Shown: positions 38,749 to 50,540, counted from the first letter of the stretch. The stretch is DNA of 64,000 nt from Candidatus Epulonipiscium sp. (GCA_012519205.1 JAAYQR010000028.1:4411-68410); one strand, 5' to 3'. Notes: generated by a model from the sequence alone, not told the origin. Translations and numbers: made by a program.

Positions 38749-41700
38749 CTATAGATATTCAATTTTTACTTTACTTCCGCTTAACCCCTGCCGTGCCGGT
38801 TCTACAATTAACTTAATGGGTATTCTTGACTTTAGTTCTTCCACATGACTTATGATACCAACACAAAGCTGTTGAGAGTGTAGTTTTTCTAAGGCACCCA
38901 TTACTATATCCAAAAGATTATTATCCAGCGTACCAAAACCCTCATCTAAGAAAAAGAATTCTAAAGGGGAGGTATTATTTAGCTGTATTTGGGATGAAAG
39001 GGCTAGAGCCAGGGATAAAGAAGTAAGGAAGGTTTCCCCCCCAGATAGAGTAGTGGCAGAACGCCTTATGCCTCCATTAAAATCATCCCTCATTATAAAA
39101 TTACCATCCCCATCTAACTCTAGGGCATACCTACCTCTAGTAATCTCTTTTAAAGTTTTGGATGCCTCTTTGGCAATATATCTTAGTCTATTATAGGCTG
39201 CAAATTCTACAAACTTATTCCCCTGTACCAATCTGTATAAATCCTCTAAAAGGCTAAATGTTCTATCCAGTACTGCCTTTTTATCATTTAACTCCACTAT
39301 TGATTCTAGATTCTGTTTCATAATGTTTAATTTCTCATGGATTACAGCAATATACTTGCTCCTTCTTTCTAAATCAGAAACCTTTTCTCTTTTTTCCACC
39401 TTTAAATCTTCCCAAGCCTCTTTTGATATTACGTCTTCTTTTAGCTTTGATTGAATCCTAAAGAGATTATTTTTTATTTCGTCCAGGGCCTTTTCATATT
39501 CACTTATCTCTTCCTTTAGAGCTTCCCTTTCCATTTGGGGTAGCCAATGACTATATACCTCATCACAGTCTAAAAGTTTATATTCCTTAAGTAATAAAGT
39601 TATTTTATTTTCTTGTTCTTGTTTAAGTTGATTTAAGGTTTGATTATAGGCTTTTAGCTTAATGACCTCCTCCTCTACGCCTTGTATTTCCTTTTTTATT
39701 TTTTCAAAGGAGTGGCGCAAGGTTTCTTCTTCTTTTAATATACCTTTAATTTTATTTCTTATCTCTTCCCTATGGCTGTACGGCTCCTTCTTCCCTGATA
39801 AATTTATTATCTGTTCATCCCATTTTTCTATCATAGTTGTTTTTTCTATTCCACTTTGTTTTGTTTTTTCGTTTTCCTTAGTGAGTTCCGATATTAATTT
39901 GGTAAGTTCATCTTTTTTAATTATTTTGATCTTTATATTTTCCCTTAGCTCCTTTTCTTCTTTTTCTAAGGCAGCTTTTAGTTTATCCCATTCTTTTATT
40001 TCATTTATTCTATCTTCTATCTTATTAAGGTTGTATTTGTTTTTTATCTTATTATAATGGGATAATACTTCCTCTAGCTTTACCGCGGTTTTTTGCCACT
40101 TCTCTTTAAGTTCCTTGTAATTATCTTTATCATTATTTAGTCTTTCCTTTAGACGGGCTTCTTCTTTTTCTATATTATTAACTTTTTCTTTAGAAATCGA
40201 TAGGTTTGATTCATTTTCCAAAATACTACTTTCCCATTTTTTAATAGTTTCTTGAAGCAATTTTAGAGATTCTTCCTCTTTTATTAAAATACTTTTTAGG
40301 GTATCGATGTTTTTATCCTCTATAATCACATTGATTCTATCTATTTCCGCTTGAGTTTGCAGAACTTCTTTTTTCATCTGCGTATGCTCTAAGGATATTT
40401 TATGATATGACGTTTCTATTTCCCTAAGACTATTTTCTAATTTTTTTTCTTCAATCACCATATTATTATATTTTTCTTCATCTAACTCAAATTCCATGGG
40501 AATATGGTTCGTCGAACCACATACAGGGCAGCTTTGCCCCTCTTTAAGTTCCCTTGCTAAGATTGCAGCCATGTTTTTTCTTTTTATACCTTCTAACATA
40601 TCTTTTAATTTTTCTTGTTTTTTCTTTATCTCTCCTAATTCAGCAAACAACTTCTCCTTAAGTCCTTCCCCCTCCTTTACTATAATAAAAGTATCCTTAA
40701 GCCTATCTTCTTTTATTGTTTTTTGTCTTATATTTTCATCTAGGTCTCTTATATTAGTTTTTAATTCTTCCAAATACTTATGCTTGCTCAAAATATCATC
40801 GTTGCTTCCGGGGCAGTTTTTTCTTAAATTTATTAATCCCTCATTAAGTTTTTGTAAAATGACACTTTCTTCTTCCTTTTCTTTAGATAAGGCATTATAT
40901 TTCTTTGTTGATTCTAAAATTTGCGAATGGATTTTTTCTAACTTTTCTTCTGTTTCATTATTTTCTTTTTCTAAATTAAAATATTCCCTCTCTAATTCAT
41001 ATCCTTTTTGTATTTCTTCTCTTATATGGGGTTCAATATGTATTTTTTGTTTTGCCCTTTCTATCTCATTGGCTCTTTTTTCTAAGTTCTCGATTTTATT
41101 TTTAAGCTCATTTTCTTTGGCTTCATCTTCTTCTATTTCCTTTTTGTTTTCTTTATATACTTCTCTTAGGTTGTCCCTTTCTTTTTTCATAGAAATCTTA
41201 TCTTCTAACATTTTTAACGCTTGATTAAGATTGGTTTCTTTTTGAAGAAGAATTGGGTGGTTTATATTTTTATTGTTTAAAGCTTCTAAATACTCAGCCT
41301 CAATCCTTTCTTTTTCTTTTATAATGTTTTGTAGTGTATCATTTAATGTTTTAAGTGTATTTTCGTTTTCTGATTTTTTCTTCTCAATTTCCCTTAATTC
41401 TTCGATTTGGGGCTTGATTATTTCTGCATCTTTTGCCCTGCTTAAGATTTGTTTTTTCTTATTGTATTCATCTTTTTTCCCATTGAGATCTTTTTGTTTG
41501 TTTTGGTATATTTCTAGTTCTTGTTGAAGCTCCCATATTCCCTGATATTTTTCATATTTCTTATTAATGATTTCTAATTCACTTTTTAATCTTTCCTCTT
41601 CTAGCACAAGTATCTCATAATTTTTCTTTTGTTCTTCATATTCCTCTTTCGTCAAATTACCATATACCTTCAATTGTGATTCTATGTCTAATATCTCCAT

Positions 41701-42279
41701 GCTCTTTTTATTTTTTATAATTTTGATTTTTTCCGTTAAACCTTTTCCATATCTTTTTAACCCAAAAATTCTTTCTAGCATATTACGCCTATCGGCCCCT
41801 GTTAATTTTAAAAATTCATTAAATTTTCCCTGAGGCAGTACAACAGAACGGGTAAAATCCTCTGCGCCTAACCCTAGAATTTCATTAATTTTTTGGGTTA
41901 CATTGTTTATTCCTTCTGCAATAATATCTATGTTTTCTCTATCTATTAATAAAAGTCTTGCACTCCTTGATTTTCTTATGCCCTCTTCCGTCTTTTTAAA
42001 ATTTCTTTCTACTATATAGATATTAATATTTTCTCCATCTTTAATAGAAAATTCATAAGAAACATTAAGGGTATCTACTTCTGTATTTACAAATTCCTTT
42101 GTATTTCTTGGGATTTCACCATATAAAGCTAAGGTTATAGCATCTAATATTGTAGATTTACCACTACCTGTAGGTCCAAAAATCCCGAATAAACCTCTTC
42201 CGGTAAGTTTGCAAAAGTCTATTTCCTGTTCTTCTATAAAACTATTTAAACCTTTTATCTTAAGCATCCTGGGCTTCAT
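38749..42279 (-). CDS. sbcC: SbcC (Rad50-like) ATPase
   Basis: GPTGSGKS, long coiled coil with CPVCGS zinc hook, LSGGETF, FLDEGFG. Likely start MKPR. Confidence 0.95.
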   Translation of the reverse strand: MKPRMLKIKGLNSFIEEQEIDFCKLTGRGLFGIFGPTGSGKSTILDAITLALYGEIPRNTKEFVNTEVDTLNVSYEFSIKDGENINIYIVERNFKKTEEGIRKSRSARLLLIDRENIDIIAEGINNVTQKINEILGLGAEDFTRSVVLPQGKFNEFLKLTGADRRNMLERIFGLKRYGKGLTEKIKIIKNKKSMEILDIESQLKVYGNLTKEEYEEQKKNYEILVLEEERLKSELEIINKKYEKYQGIWELQQELEIYQNKQKDLNGKKDEYNKKKQILSRAKDAEIIKPQIEELREIEKKKSENENTLKTLNDTLQNIIKEKERIEAEYLEALNNKNINHPILLQKETNLNQALKMLEDKISMKKERDNLREVYKENKKEIEEDEAKENELKNKIENLEKRANEIERAKQKIHIEPHIREEIQKGYELEREYFNLEKENNETEEKLEKIHSQILESTKKYNALSKEKEEESVILQKLNEGLINLRKNCPGSNDDILSKHKYLEELKTNIRDLDENIRQKTIKEDRLKDTFIIVKEGEGLKEKLFAELGEIKKKQEKLKDMLEGIKRKNMAAILARELKEGQSCPVCGSTNHIPMEFELDEEKYNNMVIEEKKLENSLREIETSYHKISLEHTQMKKEVLQTQAEIDRINVIIEDKNIDTLKSILIKEEESLKLLQETIKKWESSILENESNLSISKEKVNNIEKEEARLKERLNNDKDNYKELKEKWQKTAVKLEEVLSHYNKIKNKYNLNKIEDRINEIKEWDKLKAALEKEEKELRENIKIKIIKKDELTKLISELTKENEKTKQSGIEKTTMIEKWDEQIINLSGKKEPYSHREEIRNKIKGILKEEETLRHSFEKIKKEIQGVEEEVIKLKAYNQTLNQLKQEQENKITLLLKEYKLLDCDEVYSHWLPQMEREALKEEISEYEKALDEIKNNLFRIQSKLKEDVISKEAWEDLKVEKREKVSDLERRSKYIAVIHEKLNIMKQNLESIVELNDKKAVLDRTFSLLEDLYRLVQGNKFVEFAAYNRLRYIAKEASKTLKEITRGRYALELDGDGNFIMRDDFNGGIRRSATTLSGGETFLTSLSLALALSSQIQLNNTSPLEFFFLDEGFGTLDNNLLDIVMGALEKLHSQQLCVGIISHVEELKSRIPIKLIVEPARQGLSGSKVKIEYL

Positions 42280-43486
42280 CTTTTTCCTCCTCCTCATTTA
42301 TTATGGAAAGAAAGAGCTCCATCATTTCTGCAGAGGGCTGAACTTGTTTTTGGTGGATATAAAATTCCTTAAATAATTCATCTACCTTCTTTTCTTTTAT
42401 GCTTTTTAATTCTTTTTCCTCTTTTTCCGACTCATAAAATAGTGGAAGAATCTCAACTATATCTTCCTTTGTTTTTTTCATTTCCTTTATTTCAGATTGG
42501 AGAAGTATTCTATCCGTTTTGATTTCTAAATACACCCATACGTTTCTTTTGCTATTTTCTTCACATTTTTTAATTGCTTCCTCAATGCTTTCACATCGCC
42601 AAACTTCTATGGGCTTATAGTTTTTAAGATATACTTCTTGAATATTTGCTTTTTCACCGACACAGACATCAACTATGTAAAGACTCTTTGAATAAGAAAT
42701 TTCGCTTTTACTATACTGTAAAGGAGAACCCGAATAACGGGCCTCTACCTCTGTTCCTTTTACTTTTTGGGGTCTATGAAGATGTCCTAGGGCTACATAT
42801 TGGGCCTTTCGCGGAAGTACACTAGGATCTATTGCTAAACTTCCCCCTAATTGGATGGGACGTTCTGAATCTGTACTCTCGCCGCCTGATATAAAAAAAT
42901 GCCCTGCCGCAATATTTATTGTATCTTTTCTATATTTAGATGAAAGGTTGTCAAATAATACAGCCATTCTTTCTGAATAACTTCTTTGCATTTCTTCTTC
43001 ATCCATACTAATACTTATAAGTTCATTTAGTCTCTTTTCACTAGGGTAAGGTATCGTAATAATAACTACTTTTTCCTTGTCTTTTTCAATCTCTACATAT
43101 CCTTCTCCTGCATCGGTAATTTTATAATAAGGATACTCTCCAACCCTAGCTATACTCTTAGGGGTGCCAAGAAGTATTATCCCCTGCTCATAGGCAAGGG
43201 GTCCGGCAGCAGATAATCTTTCTGGATGATCATGATTACCTGCAATAACCAAAACCGGCCTTTTTCCTCCCTTAGATATTTTTTTGAGGGCAAAATAAAA
43301 AAGTTTCTCTGCTCTAGCAGGAGGATTGCCGGTATCATATATATCTCCTGATATAATTATCATATCTACATTTTCCCTATCTACTATTTCAATGAGTTCC
43401 TCTATAAATAATTCCTGCTCCTCCAGCCTGCTGCACCCTTCTAAGTTTTTTCCTAGATGCCAATCGGAAGTATGAAGTATTCTCAT
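42260..43486 (-). CDS. sbcD: SbcD (Mre11-like) nuclease
   Basis: HTSDWHLG, GDIYD, GNHD, ALGHLH, YSGSP. Confidence 0.95.
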   Translation of the reverse strand: MRILHTSDWHLGKNLEGCSRLEEQELFIEELIEIVDRENVDMIIISGDIYDTGNPPARAEKLFYFALKKISKGGKRPVLVIAGNHDHPERLSAAGPLAYEQGIILLGTPKSIARVGEYPYYKITDAGEGYVEIEKDKEKVVIITIPYPSEKRLNELISISMDEEEMQRSYSERMAVLFDNLSSKYRKDTINIAAGHFFISGGESTDSERPIQLGGSLAIDPSVLPRKAQYVALGHLHRPQKVKGTEVEARYSGSPLQYSKSEISYSKSLYIVDVCVGEKANIQEVYLKNYKPIEVWRCESIEEAIKKCEENSKRNVWVYLEIKTDRILLQSEIKEMKKTKEDIVEILPLFYESEKEEKELKSIKEKKVDELFKEFYIHQKQVQPSAEMMELFLSIINEEEEKDEAQDA

Positions 43487-43673
43487 ATAATCATCTCCTA
43501 GTTACTATTATAGGCTTTCAAGCCATAAAATCTAATCGAACTTACCATAAATTTTATCATATTTTAGTCATTAATTCCAAGCAGTATCCATATGATTTCA
43601 CACAAGCCCTATTACAATTAATTAGATTAAAAAAACAAGAGAGCTGCTTCATTAAGCGCCCTCCTACTTTTAG

Positions 43674-43967
43674 TTATATTAAGTTAATAATTTGGTTACT
43701 TCCACCCTCATATTTTATTATAATAATATGTTCTTGTTTATTATACTCTACACTCCCCGAGCCTATTTTAATTTTATTTTCTGCAAAAAGGCCGTAAAAA
43801 ATATCATCGGCGAGGGTTTTAGCACATTCTACCTTTTCTTCCTTAGTTAAAGCTTCAAACTCTATAAAGCCCATATCAAAAAAATTATAAAAGCCCTCTA
43901 TTTTATAAATGGCCTCCCCTAGCTCATTGCTTATATCTTCATATTCTCTGTTGAACTTAATTCCCAT
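43674..43967 (-). CDS. Hypothetical protein (97 aa)
   Basis: RBS AAGGA, typical codon use, free-standing ORF. Confidence 0.7.
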   Translation of the reverse strand: MGIKFNREYEDISNELGEAIYKIEGFYNFFDMGFIEFEALTKEEKVECAKTLADDIFYGLFAENKIKIGSGSVEYNKQEHIIIIKYEGGSNQIINLI

Positions 43968-44168
43968 TATATCAATCCTTTTTGTTTTATTTGTTATTTT
44001 ACTATAATTTTTAATACATCACAACTAAACCTTATTTCTAATCTACAGATATTGCTAGTTTCTAATTATATAGATTTTAAAATGATAAATATTGAGGGTC
44101 TTATTATGTCTATAGCACTTTATATAGTATATTTTTGAAAATAAAAAAACGAGATTTCATCTCGTCTT

Positions 44169-44480
44169 TTATCGTGTGTTTAGATAGCTAGAAAGTATCT
44201 CCTTCATTTTATGGGGACGTTCGTTGGTTTCGATTACTATACTATCCCCTAGTACATTTACCTTAAAATTATTAAATCCATTATTCTCAAGATAACCATT
44301 TATATCTTCTGGGTCATCTGTCTGGGTCAATAATACTTTTTCTCCTATTTTATCATCATTTACAAAAACTTCATAGGTATCATTTGATACCTTGGTGCCA
44401 TTGTCTTCGTAGGGAACCGGTATTGCAACCGTAGCCCTTACATTATCCGTAGTTGATATTACAGGGAATATTTCTGCCAT
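44169..44480 (-). CDS. Hypothetical protein (103 aa)
   Basis: RBS GGAGGA and a downstream terminator hairpin at 44143-44170. Confidence 0.72.
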   Translation of the reverse strand: MAEIFPVISTTDNVRATVAIPVPYEDNGTKVSNDTYEVFVNDDKIGEKVLLTQTDDPEDINGYLENNGFNNFKVNVLGDSIVIETNERPHKMKEILSSYLNTR

Positions 44481-44623
44481 GCTCTTCCTCCTTTAAGTAC
44501 ATAAGGATAGTTAGTTATAAATTTGCCAGTTAAATCAAGTTCCTTAGCAAATTCTTTTAATATAGATTCGTAATGGAAATCTATAAATATAGTATGGCAT
44601 AATAGATATAAAATAATTCGTTG

Positions 44624-45271
44624 CTATTTTTTAGGTACACCTTCCCAATCTTTTAAGAAACGCTCAACACCCAAATCGGTTAATGGATGTTTTGTCATTT
44701 GTTCAATAACGTTATAAGGGATAGTTGCAATATGTGCGCCTATTCTTGCTGCTTGAATTACATGAATTGGGTTTCTGATGCTTGCTGCAATGATTTCTGT
44801 GTGAATATCATGAATGCTAAATATTTCTACTATCTCTTCTATTAAATTCATACCTTCATTACCGATATCATCTAATCTCCCTAAAAATGGGCTTACATAA
44901 GTTGCCCCTGCTCTTGCTGCAAGCAAAGCCTGGGTTGCCGAAAAAATAAGAGTAACATTGGTTTTAATGTTTTCTTCAGTAAGAATCTTAACAGCTTTTA
45001 ATCCTTCTATAGTCATAGGAATTTTGATAATAATGTTTTTATGAATCTTTACTAATTCTCTTGCTTCCTTTATCATTTCATCTGCTTTTAAACTTATAAC
45101 CTCTGCACTAATAGGACCATCAACAATCGTTGTTATTTCTTTTACAACTTCAACAAAATCCCTACCTTCTTTTGCAATTAAAGAAGGGTTTGTTGTCACC
45201 CCACAGATAACTCCCATATCATTGGCTTTTTTGATATCTTCTACATTTGCGGTATCAATAAATATTTTCAT
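44624..45271 (-). CDS. tal: Transaldolase / fructose-6-phosphate aldolase
   Basis: [36 protein letters not shown]. Confidence 0.9.
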   Translation of the reverse strand: MKIFIDTANVEDIKKANDMGVICGVTTNPSLIAKEGRDFVEVVKEITTIVDGPISAEVISLKADEMIKEARELVKIHKNIIIKIPMTIEGLKAVKILTEENIKTNVTLIFSATQALLAARAGATYVSPFLGRLDDIGNEGMNLIEEIVEIFSIHDIHTEIIAASIRNPIHVIQAARIGAHIATIPYNVIEQMTKHPLTDLGVERFLKDWEGVPKK

Positions 45272-45294
45272 CTCAATTCTCCTTATCTTATAAA

Positions 45295-45984
45295 TTAATT
45301 TTGCCCATAGTAGGCATTTTTACCATGCTTACGTAAAAAATGCTTATCCAATAAAACTTGATCCATATTTCCTTTATCAGGGGAAATCACCATGCTATGA
45401 TATGTCATTTTTGCAACTTCTTCCATAACCACAGAATTATGAACAGCATTCATAGAATCTGTTCCCCATGTAAAAGGCCCATGGCTATGAACCAACACTC
45501 CTGGTATCTCCATAGGATTCATGTTTTTAAATGTTTCTACTATTACGTTGCCTGTTTCTTTTTCGTATGCACCTTCTATTTCTTTTGATGTCATTTTTCT
45601 TGTACAGGGAATCTCACCATAAAAATAGTCTCCATGGGTAGTGCCCATAGGCGGAATGCCTCTTCCTGCCTGTGCCCATGCCGTTGCCCAAGAAGAATGA
45701 GTATGAACTACCCCGCCAATTTCTTTAAATTTATTGTATAATACTAAATGGGTAGCTGTATCAGAGGATGGATTAAGGTTTCCTTCTATAATCTTTCCTT
45801 CCAAGTCCAGTACAATCAACTTGGCTTCTGTCAGTTCATCATATTGTATCCCGCTGGGCTTAATAACTACTAAACCTTTTTCCCTATCAATTCCGCTTAC
45901 ATTCCCCCAAGTAAAAATAACAAGCCCATACCTTACCAAGGCTAAATTAGCTTCTAATACGGATTTTTTTAAAGCCTCTAACAT
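45295..45984 (-). CDS. araD: L-ribulose-5-phosphate 4-epimerase
   Basis: [39 protein letters not shown]. Confidence 0.95.
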   Translation of the reverse strand: MLEALKKSVLEANLALVRYGLVIFTWGNVSGIDREKGLVVIKPSGIQYDELTEAKLIVLDLEGKIIEGNLNPSSDTATHLVLYNKFKEIGGVVHTHSSWATAWAQAGRGIPPMGTTHGDYFYGEIPCTRKMTSKEIEGAYEKETGNVIVETFKNMNPMEIPGVLVHSHGPFTWGTDSMNAVHNSVVMEEVAKMTYHSMVISPDKGNMDQVLLDKHFLRKHGKNAYYGQN

Positions 45985-46037
45985 ATTATCACCTTCTTAG
46001 TAGGTTTTATTATCTTTGTGTATTACAGCCCCATTAT

Positions 46038-46053
46038 ACTTGTACGCACAAGT
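46038..46053. promoter_or_regulatory. AraR operator upstream of araD-tal
   Basis: ACTTGTACGCACAAGT, matching the Firmicutes AraR TTGTACGTACAA palindrome. Confidence 0.8.
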
Positions 46054-46061
46054 ATTGTCAA

Positions 46062-47150
46062 TTATATTTGTTTAACCGAATTCCTTATCATTAACTTAGG
46101 TTCAATCCTATCTTGCATGATATTCTGATTACCTTTTAACTGGGATATGAGGTTGGACGCTGCCTTTCTCCCTAATACTTCTTTTGGATGCGCTACAGTT
46201 GTCAATTTTATTTCGCCTTGCTGTGCCAGTTCAGAATTATCAAAACCTACTATGGAGTAATCCTTAGGAACATCTAGTCCCTGGCTTTTAAATAGCTTAA
46301 TTATTTCCATAGCAATCAAATCATTATAGCAAATAATCCCCGTATATTTTTTTTCTTTATTTATAGATTGATTAAAGTACCTATAATCTGAGAATAATAT
46401 ATCCCTATCTTGGGATGAATACCATATCACAGCATCTTCATTTATATCTATATCTCTTTCTCTATGTGCCCTAACAAATCCTTGGAAACGGGCATGTCCC
46501 TGCATATCATCGCTTTTAAAGATACCTACAATATTTCTATGTCCCTTATCCATCAAATGTTTTGTTGCTAGATATCCGCCTAGGATATCGTCCTCTATTA
46601 CATAAGATGAATTAATCTGATTATAATAAGCATGTATAAATACAATAGGAATATTTTTGGCTTTAAACTTTTTATAAATATCTAAATTAGGATTTGGCAA
46701 AATGCTTTTTGTAGGTTCTATAATAAGTCCCTCTAAGTCATTGCTCAACATATTAAGGAGGCAGTCTCTTTCCTTTTGAAACTCATTGTTAGTATGCCCA
46801 AGTAAAATAGTATAACCTTCTTTACTAAGTATTTCATCAATTCCATAAATGATACTAGGGAAAATATAGTCTTTTAGATATGTGGTCACGACTCCTATTA
46901 ATTTTGTCTTCTTCTTTTTCATTCCATCGGTACTGGCAACAAAGGTGCCTTTGCCTTGTATCTGATAAAGCCATCCTTCATTAATAAGTTCTCCTATGGC
47001 TTTCCTGACAGTATGCCGGCTTATTTGAAATTTATTAGCCAGTTCATGTTCTGAAAATAGTTTATCACCGTTTTTAAGTTCTCCATCTGCTATATATTTT
47101 TTAATAAATTCTTTGACTTTTATATATTTAGGTTCACCATTTAGATTCAT
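46062..47150 (-). CDS. araR: Arabinose repressor AraR (GntR HTH plus LacI-type sensor domain)
   Basis: PKY..SEHEL..ISRHTVRKA..QGKGTFV; YIFPSII, IIEPTKS, FKSDDMQG. Start ~47150. Confidence 0.9.
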   Translation of the reverse strand: MNLNGEPKYIKVKEFIKKYIADGELKNGDKLFSEHELANKFQISRHTVRKAIGELINEGWLYQIQGKGTFVASTDGMKKKKTKLIGVVTTYLKDYIFPSIIYGIDEILSKEGYTILLGHTNNEFQKERDCLLNMLSNDLEGLIIEPTKSILPNPNLDIYKKFKAKNIPIVFIHAYYNQINSSYVIEDDILGGYLATKHLMDKGHRNIVGIFKSDDMQGHARFQGFVRAHRERDIDINEDAVIWYSSQDRDILFSDYRYFNQSINKEKKYTGIICYNDLIAMEIIKLFKSQGLDVPKDYSIVGFDNSELAQQGEIKLTTVAHPKEVLGRKAASNLISQLKGNQNIMQDRIEPKLMIRNSVKQI

Positions 47151-47165
47151 AATCCACCTCTTCAC

Positions 47166-47179
47166 ATTGTATGCACAAG
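47166..47179. promoter_or_regulatory. AraR operator upstream of araR
   Basis: ATTGTATGCACAAG. Confidence 0.6.
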
Positions 47180-47248
47180 ATGATTGTATCACATATTTAT
47201 ATCCTTGTGAATATCTTATACATTCTTCATGAATTACCTAAAACTATA

Positions 47249-47303
47249 TTGAAAAATAGACAAAAACAGTGTAAAATCTAAGTATCTACTTGTATGTACA
47301 AGT
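47249..47303 (+). promoter_or_regulatory. araA promoter with AraR operator
   Basis: TTGAAA-17 bp-TAAAAT (47249-47277) followed by ACTTGTATGTACAAGT (47288-47303). Confidence 0.8.
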
Positions 47304-47365
47304 ATAGTGCTTTAGCATAATACTATAGGATAATAAAAATAAACCCAAATCAAAGGAGAAGGACT

Positions 47366-48844
47366 ATGTTAAACTTAAAATCTTTGGAAATCTGGTTTGT
47401 AACAGGAAGTCAACATTTATACGGACTCGAAACCCTCAGGCAAGTAGAAGAGCATTCCCACAAAATAGTAGAAGGTCTGGATAAGGATTCATCCATCCCC
47501 TGTAAGGTTGTATTTAAGCCTATCCTAACTACCTCCAATGCTATCCGTAAACTTTGCCAAGAAGCCAACCTAGATGGAAAATGCGTCGGTATTATTACAT
47601 GGATGCATACATTTTCTCCAGCTAAAATGTGGATTGCCGGCCTTTCTGAACTTAAAAAACCCCTGTTCCATCTTCATACTCAATTTAACAGGGATATTCC
47701 ATGGAATAGTATTGATATGGATTTTATGAATCTTAATCAATCTGCCCATGGGGATAGAGAATATGGCTTTATCGGTGCCAGATTAAAAATTGCCCGTAAA
47801 ATTATCGTAGGTTATTGGGAAGACCCTAAGACTAAAAATCGTATAGGAGCATGGATGCGCTCTGCTGTTGCCTTTACCGAAGGCCACAAACTTAAGGTAG
47901 CCCGTTTTGGTGATAATATGCGTAATGTTGCTGTTACCGAAGGAGATAAGGTAGAAGCTCAAATAAAATTTGGCTGGGCAGTTGATGCTTATGGCATAGG
48001 CGACCTCGTAGAATATATTGATGCCGTAACTAATGTACAAATCAATGAACTAATGGACGAATACAAAAAACTCTACGATATAGATACTAAAGCTAATATA
48101 GACTCCATAAAAGAACAAGCTCGTATCGAAATAGGTATAAAAAACTTTTTAGTTAAAGGAAATTACGGTGCCTTTACTACTAATTTCGAAAATCTATATG
48201 GTATGAAACAACTTCCGGGACTTGCAGTACAACACCTAATGGCACAAGGTTATGGTTTCGGTGGTGAAGGTGACTGGAAGACAGCCGCTATGGTCCATAT
48301 TATGAAAATGATGGCATCGGGGCTTAAGGGTGGAACTTCCTTCATGGAAGACTATACCTATCATCTCGAACCAGATAATGAAATGATATTAGGAGCCCAT
48401 ATGTTAGAAGTATGTCCTAGTATATCGGCAACAAAGCCAAGGATTGAAGTTCACCCCTTAGGTATCGGTGGAAAAGCTGACCCTGCCCGTTTAGTATTTG
48501 ACGGTAAATGTGGCCCTGCCATCGCCGCTTCTTTAGTGGAAATGGGTGGCCGTTATCGTCTTATTATCAATGCTGTAAATGCCATCCAACCTACACAGCC
48601 AATGCCTAATCTTCCTGTAGCAGGAGTGCTTTGGAAGCCCCAACCATCCCTTAGTGAAGCTGCAGAAGCTTGGATACTTGCCGGGGGCGCTCACCATACT
48701 TCCTTCTCCTATGATATTACGGCAGAACAAATGATGGATTGGGCGGAAATGGCACAAATTGAATGTGTACTCATTGACAATAGTACAGATCTTCTTAGAT
48801 TTAGAAATGAACTAAGATGGAATGATATGGCTTGGAGAAGATAA
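47366..48844 (+). CDS. araA: L-arabinose isomerase
   Basis: WFVTGSQHLYG, WMHTFSPAKMW, MNLNQSAHGDRE, EGDWK, MEDYTY, GAHMLEV, GGAHH. Confidence 0.97.
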   Translation: MLNLKSLEIWFVTGSQHLYGLETLRQVEEHSHKIVEGLDKDSSIPCKVVFKPILTTSNAIRKLCQEANLDGKCVGIITWMHTFSPAKMWIAGLSELKKPLFHLHTQFNRDIPWNSIDMDFMNLNQSAHGDREYGFIGARLKIARKIIVGYWEDPKTKNRIGAWMRSAVAFTEGHKLKVARFGDNMRNVAVTEGDKVEAQIKFGWAVDAYGIGDLVEYIDAVTNVQINELMDEYKKLYDIDTKANIDSIKEQARIEIGIKNFLVKGNYGAFTTNFENLYGMKQLPGLAVQHLMAQGYGFGGEGDWKTAAMVHIMKMMASGLKGGTSFMEDYTYHLEPDNEMILGAHMLEVCPSISATKPRIEVHPLGIGGKADPARLVFDGKCGPAIAASLVEMGGRYRLIINAVNAIQPTQPMPNLPVAGVLWKPQPSLSEAAEAWILAGGAHHTSFSYDITAEQMMDWAEMAQIECVLIDNSTDLLRFRNELRWNDMAWRR

Positions 48845-48875
48845 GATTATAAAAAACATTATGGAGGATTAGTGT

Positions 48876-50483
48876 ATGAATCTGAAAATGCATGATGTTA
48901 AAAACTCTATTATTAACGGAAAAACTGCATTGGGAATTGAACTGGGTTCAACTAGAATCAAAGCTGTCCTTGTTGGTGAGGATAATTCACCAATTGCTTC
49001 TGGCAGCCACGACTGGGAAAATAGCTATATTAACAACATGTGGACTTACAGCGTAGAAGAAATTTGGAAGGGGGTGCAAGATAGCTTCCGAAAGATGGCT
49101 TATGATGTTAAACAACAGTATGGTATTACTCTCCAAAAAATAGGGGCTATTGGTTTTAGTGCAATGATGCATGGCTATCTGGCCTTTGATAAGGATGAGA
49201 ACCTCTTGGTGCCATTTCGCACATGGCGTAACAACATTACTGAAGAAGCATCCAAATCCTTAACAAAGCTATTTAACTATAATATCCCCCAACGATGGAG
49301 TATCGCCCACCTTTATCAAGCTATCTTAAATGCAGAAGAACATATAACTGATATAAACTTCCTAACAACCCTAGCAGGATATGTTCACTGGAAATTGACA
49401 GGTCAAAAAGTGCTTGGAATTGGAGAGGCTTCAGGGGTTTTTCCAATCGATTTAAATTCTAAGCGTTATGATAAAAACATGACTAATCAGTTTAACAAAT
49501 TGATTGATTCTTATAATCTTCCATGGAAGCTTGAAGATATCCTTCCTAAGGTATTGCTAGCCGGTGAAAATGCCGGTATCCTTACAGAAGAAGGAGCAAG
49601 GCTTTTAGACATTTCTGGAAACCTTCAGGCAGGCATTCCCCTTTGTCCTCCTGAGGGAGATGCAGGAACAGGTATGGTTGCAACCAATAGCATTGCAAAA
49701 CGTACTGGGAATGTTTCCGCGGGAACATCAGTATTTGCGATGATTGTCCTAGAAAAGGAGTTGTCCAAGGTGCATCCTGAAATAGACCTAGTTACAACCC
49801 CTGTGGGTAACTTGGTGGCTATGGCTCATTCCAACAATTGTTCCTCAGATCTTAATGCATGGGTAGGATTATTTGCGGAATTTGCAAAGTCAATGGGCAT
49901 AGAACCAAATATGGATAAGATATTTGGTTCTCTATACAATATGGCACTAAAAGGCGACCCAGATTGTGGCGGCTTATTAGCTTATGGTTATCTCTCCGGA
50001 GAACATATGACAGGCTTTGAAGAAGGCCGTCCATTATTTGTCCGTTCCTCTGATAGCAAATTCAATCTGGCTAACTTTATGAGAGTTAATTTATTTACGG
50101 CTTTGGGAGCTCTTAAGATTGGTCTTGATATTCTTCTTAAAGAAGAAGGGATTAAATTAGATAAAATCTTAGGCCATGGGGGTTTATTCAAAACAAAAAG
50201 AGTAGGACAAAAAATCATGGCCGGTGCCATTAATGTACCTGTAACCGTTATGGAAACCGCTGGTGAAGGCGGTGCATGGGGGATAGCTCTACTGGCGTCC
50301 TATATGATTAATAAAAATGGTGGCGAAACCTTAGAAGTTTATCTTAGCACTAAAGTATTCGCAGGAAAAGGAGTCCATACCATGACCCCTGATTCTAAGG
50401 ATGTGGAAGGCTTTGAAAAATTTATGGACCGTTATGTTAAAGGACTTGCTATTGAGCGGGCTGCTATAAAATATCTTAAATAA
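48876..50483 (+). CDS. FGGY-family L-ribulokinase (AraK/AraB-type)
   Basis: [36 protein letters not shown]; follows araA. Confidence 0.85.
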   Translation: MNLKMHDVKNSIINGKTALGIELGSTRIKAVLVGEDNSPIASGSHDWENSYINNMWTYSVEEIWKGVQDSFRKMAYDVKQQYGITLQKIGAIGFSAMMHGYLAFDKDENLLVPFRTWRNNITEEASKSLTKLFNYNIPQRWSIAHLYQAILNAEEHITDINFLTTLAGYVHWKLTGQKVLGIGEASGVFPIDLNSKRYDKNMTNQFNKLIDSYNLPWKLEDILPKVLLAGENAGILTEEGARLLDISGNLQAGIPLCPPEGDAGTGMVATNSIAKRTGNVSAGTSVFAMIVLEKELSKVHPEIDLVTTPVGNLVAMAHSNNCSSDLNAWVGLFAEFAKSMGIEPNMDKIFGSLYNMALKGDPDCGGLLAYGYLSGEHMTGFEEGRPLFVRSSDSKFNLANFMRVNLFTALGALKIGLDILLKEEGIKLDKILGHGGLFKTKRVGQKIMAGAINVPVTVMETAGEGGAWGIALLASYMINKNGGETLEVYLSTKVFAGKGVHTMTPDSKDVEGFEKFMDRYVKGLAIERAAIKYLK

Positions 50484-50540
50484 TTAAGACATAAGGACAT
50501 GGGATGGTTTAGTTATTAGGTGGCACTGGGAGGTATAAGG

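Noticed and set aside
40496..41224. 242-aa plus-strand ORF and the many other short antisense ORFs in the track
   Set aside because: Ser/Phe/Leu-rich shadows of real genes (here sbcC), with no RBS or motifs.
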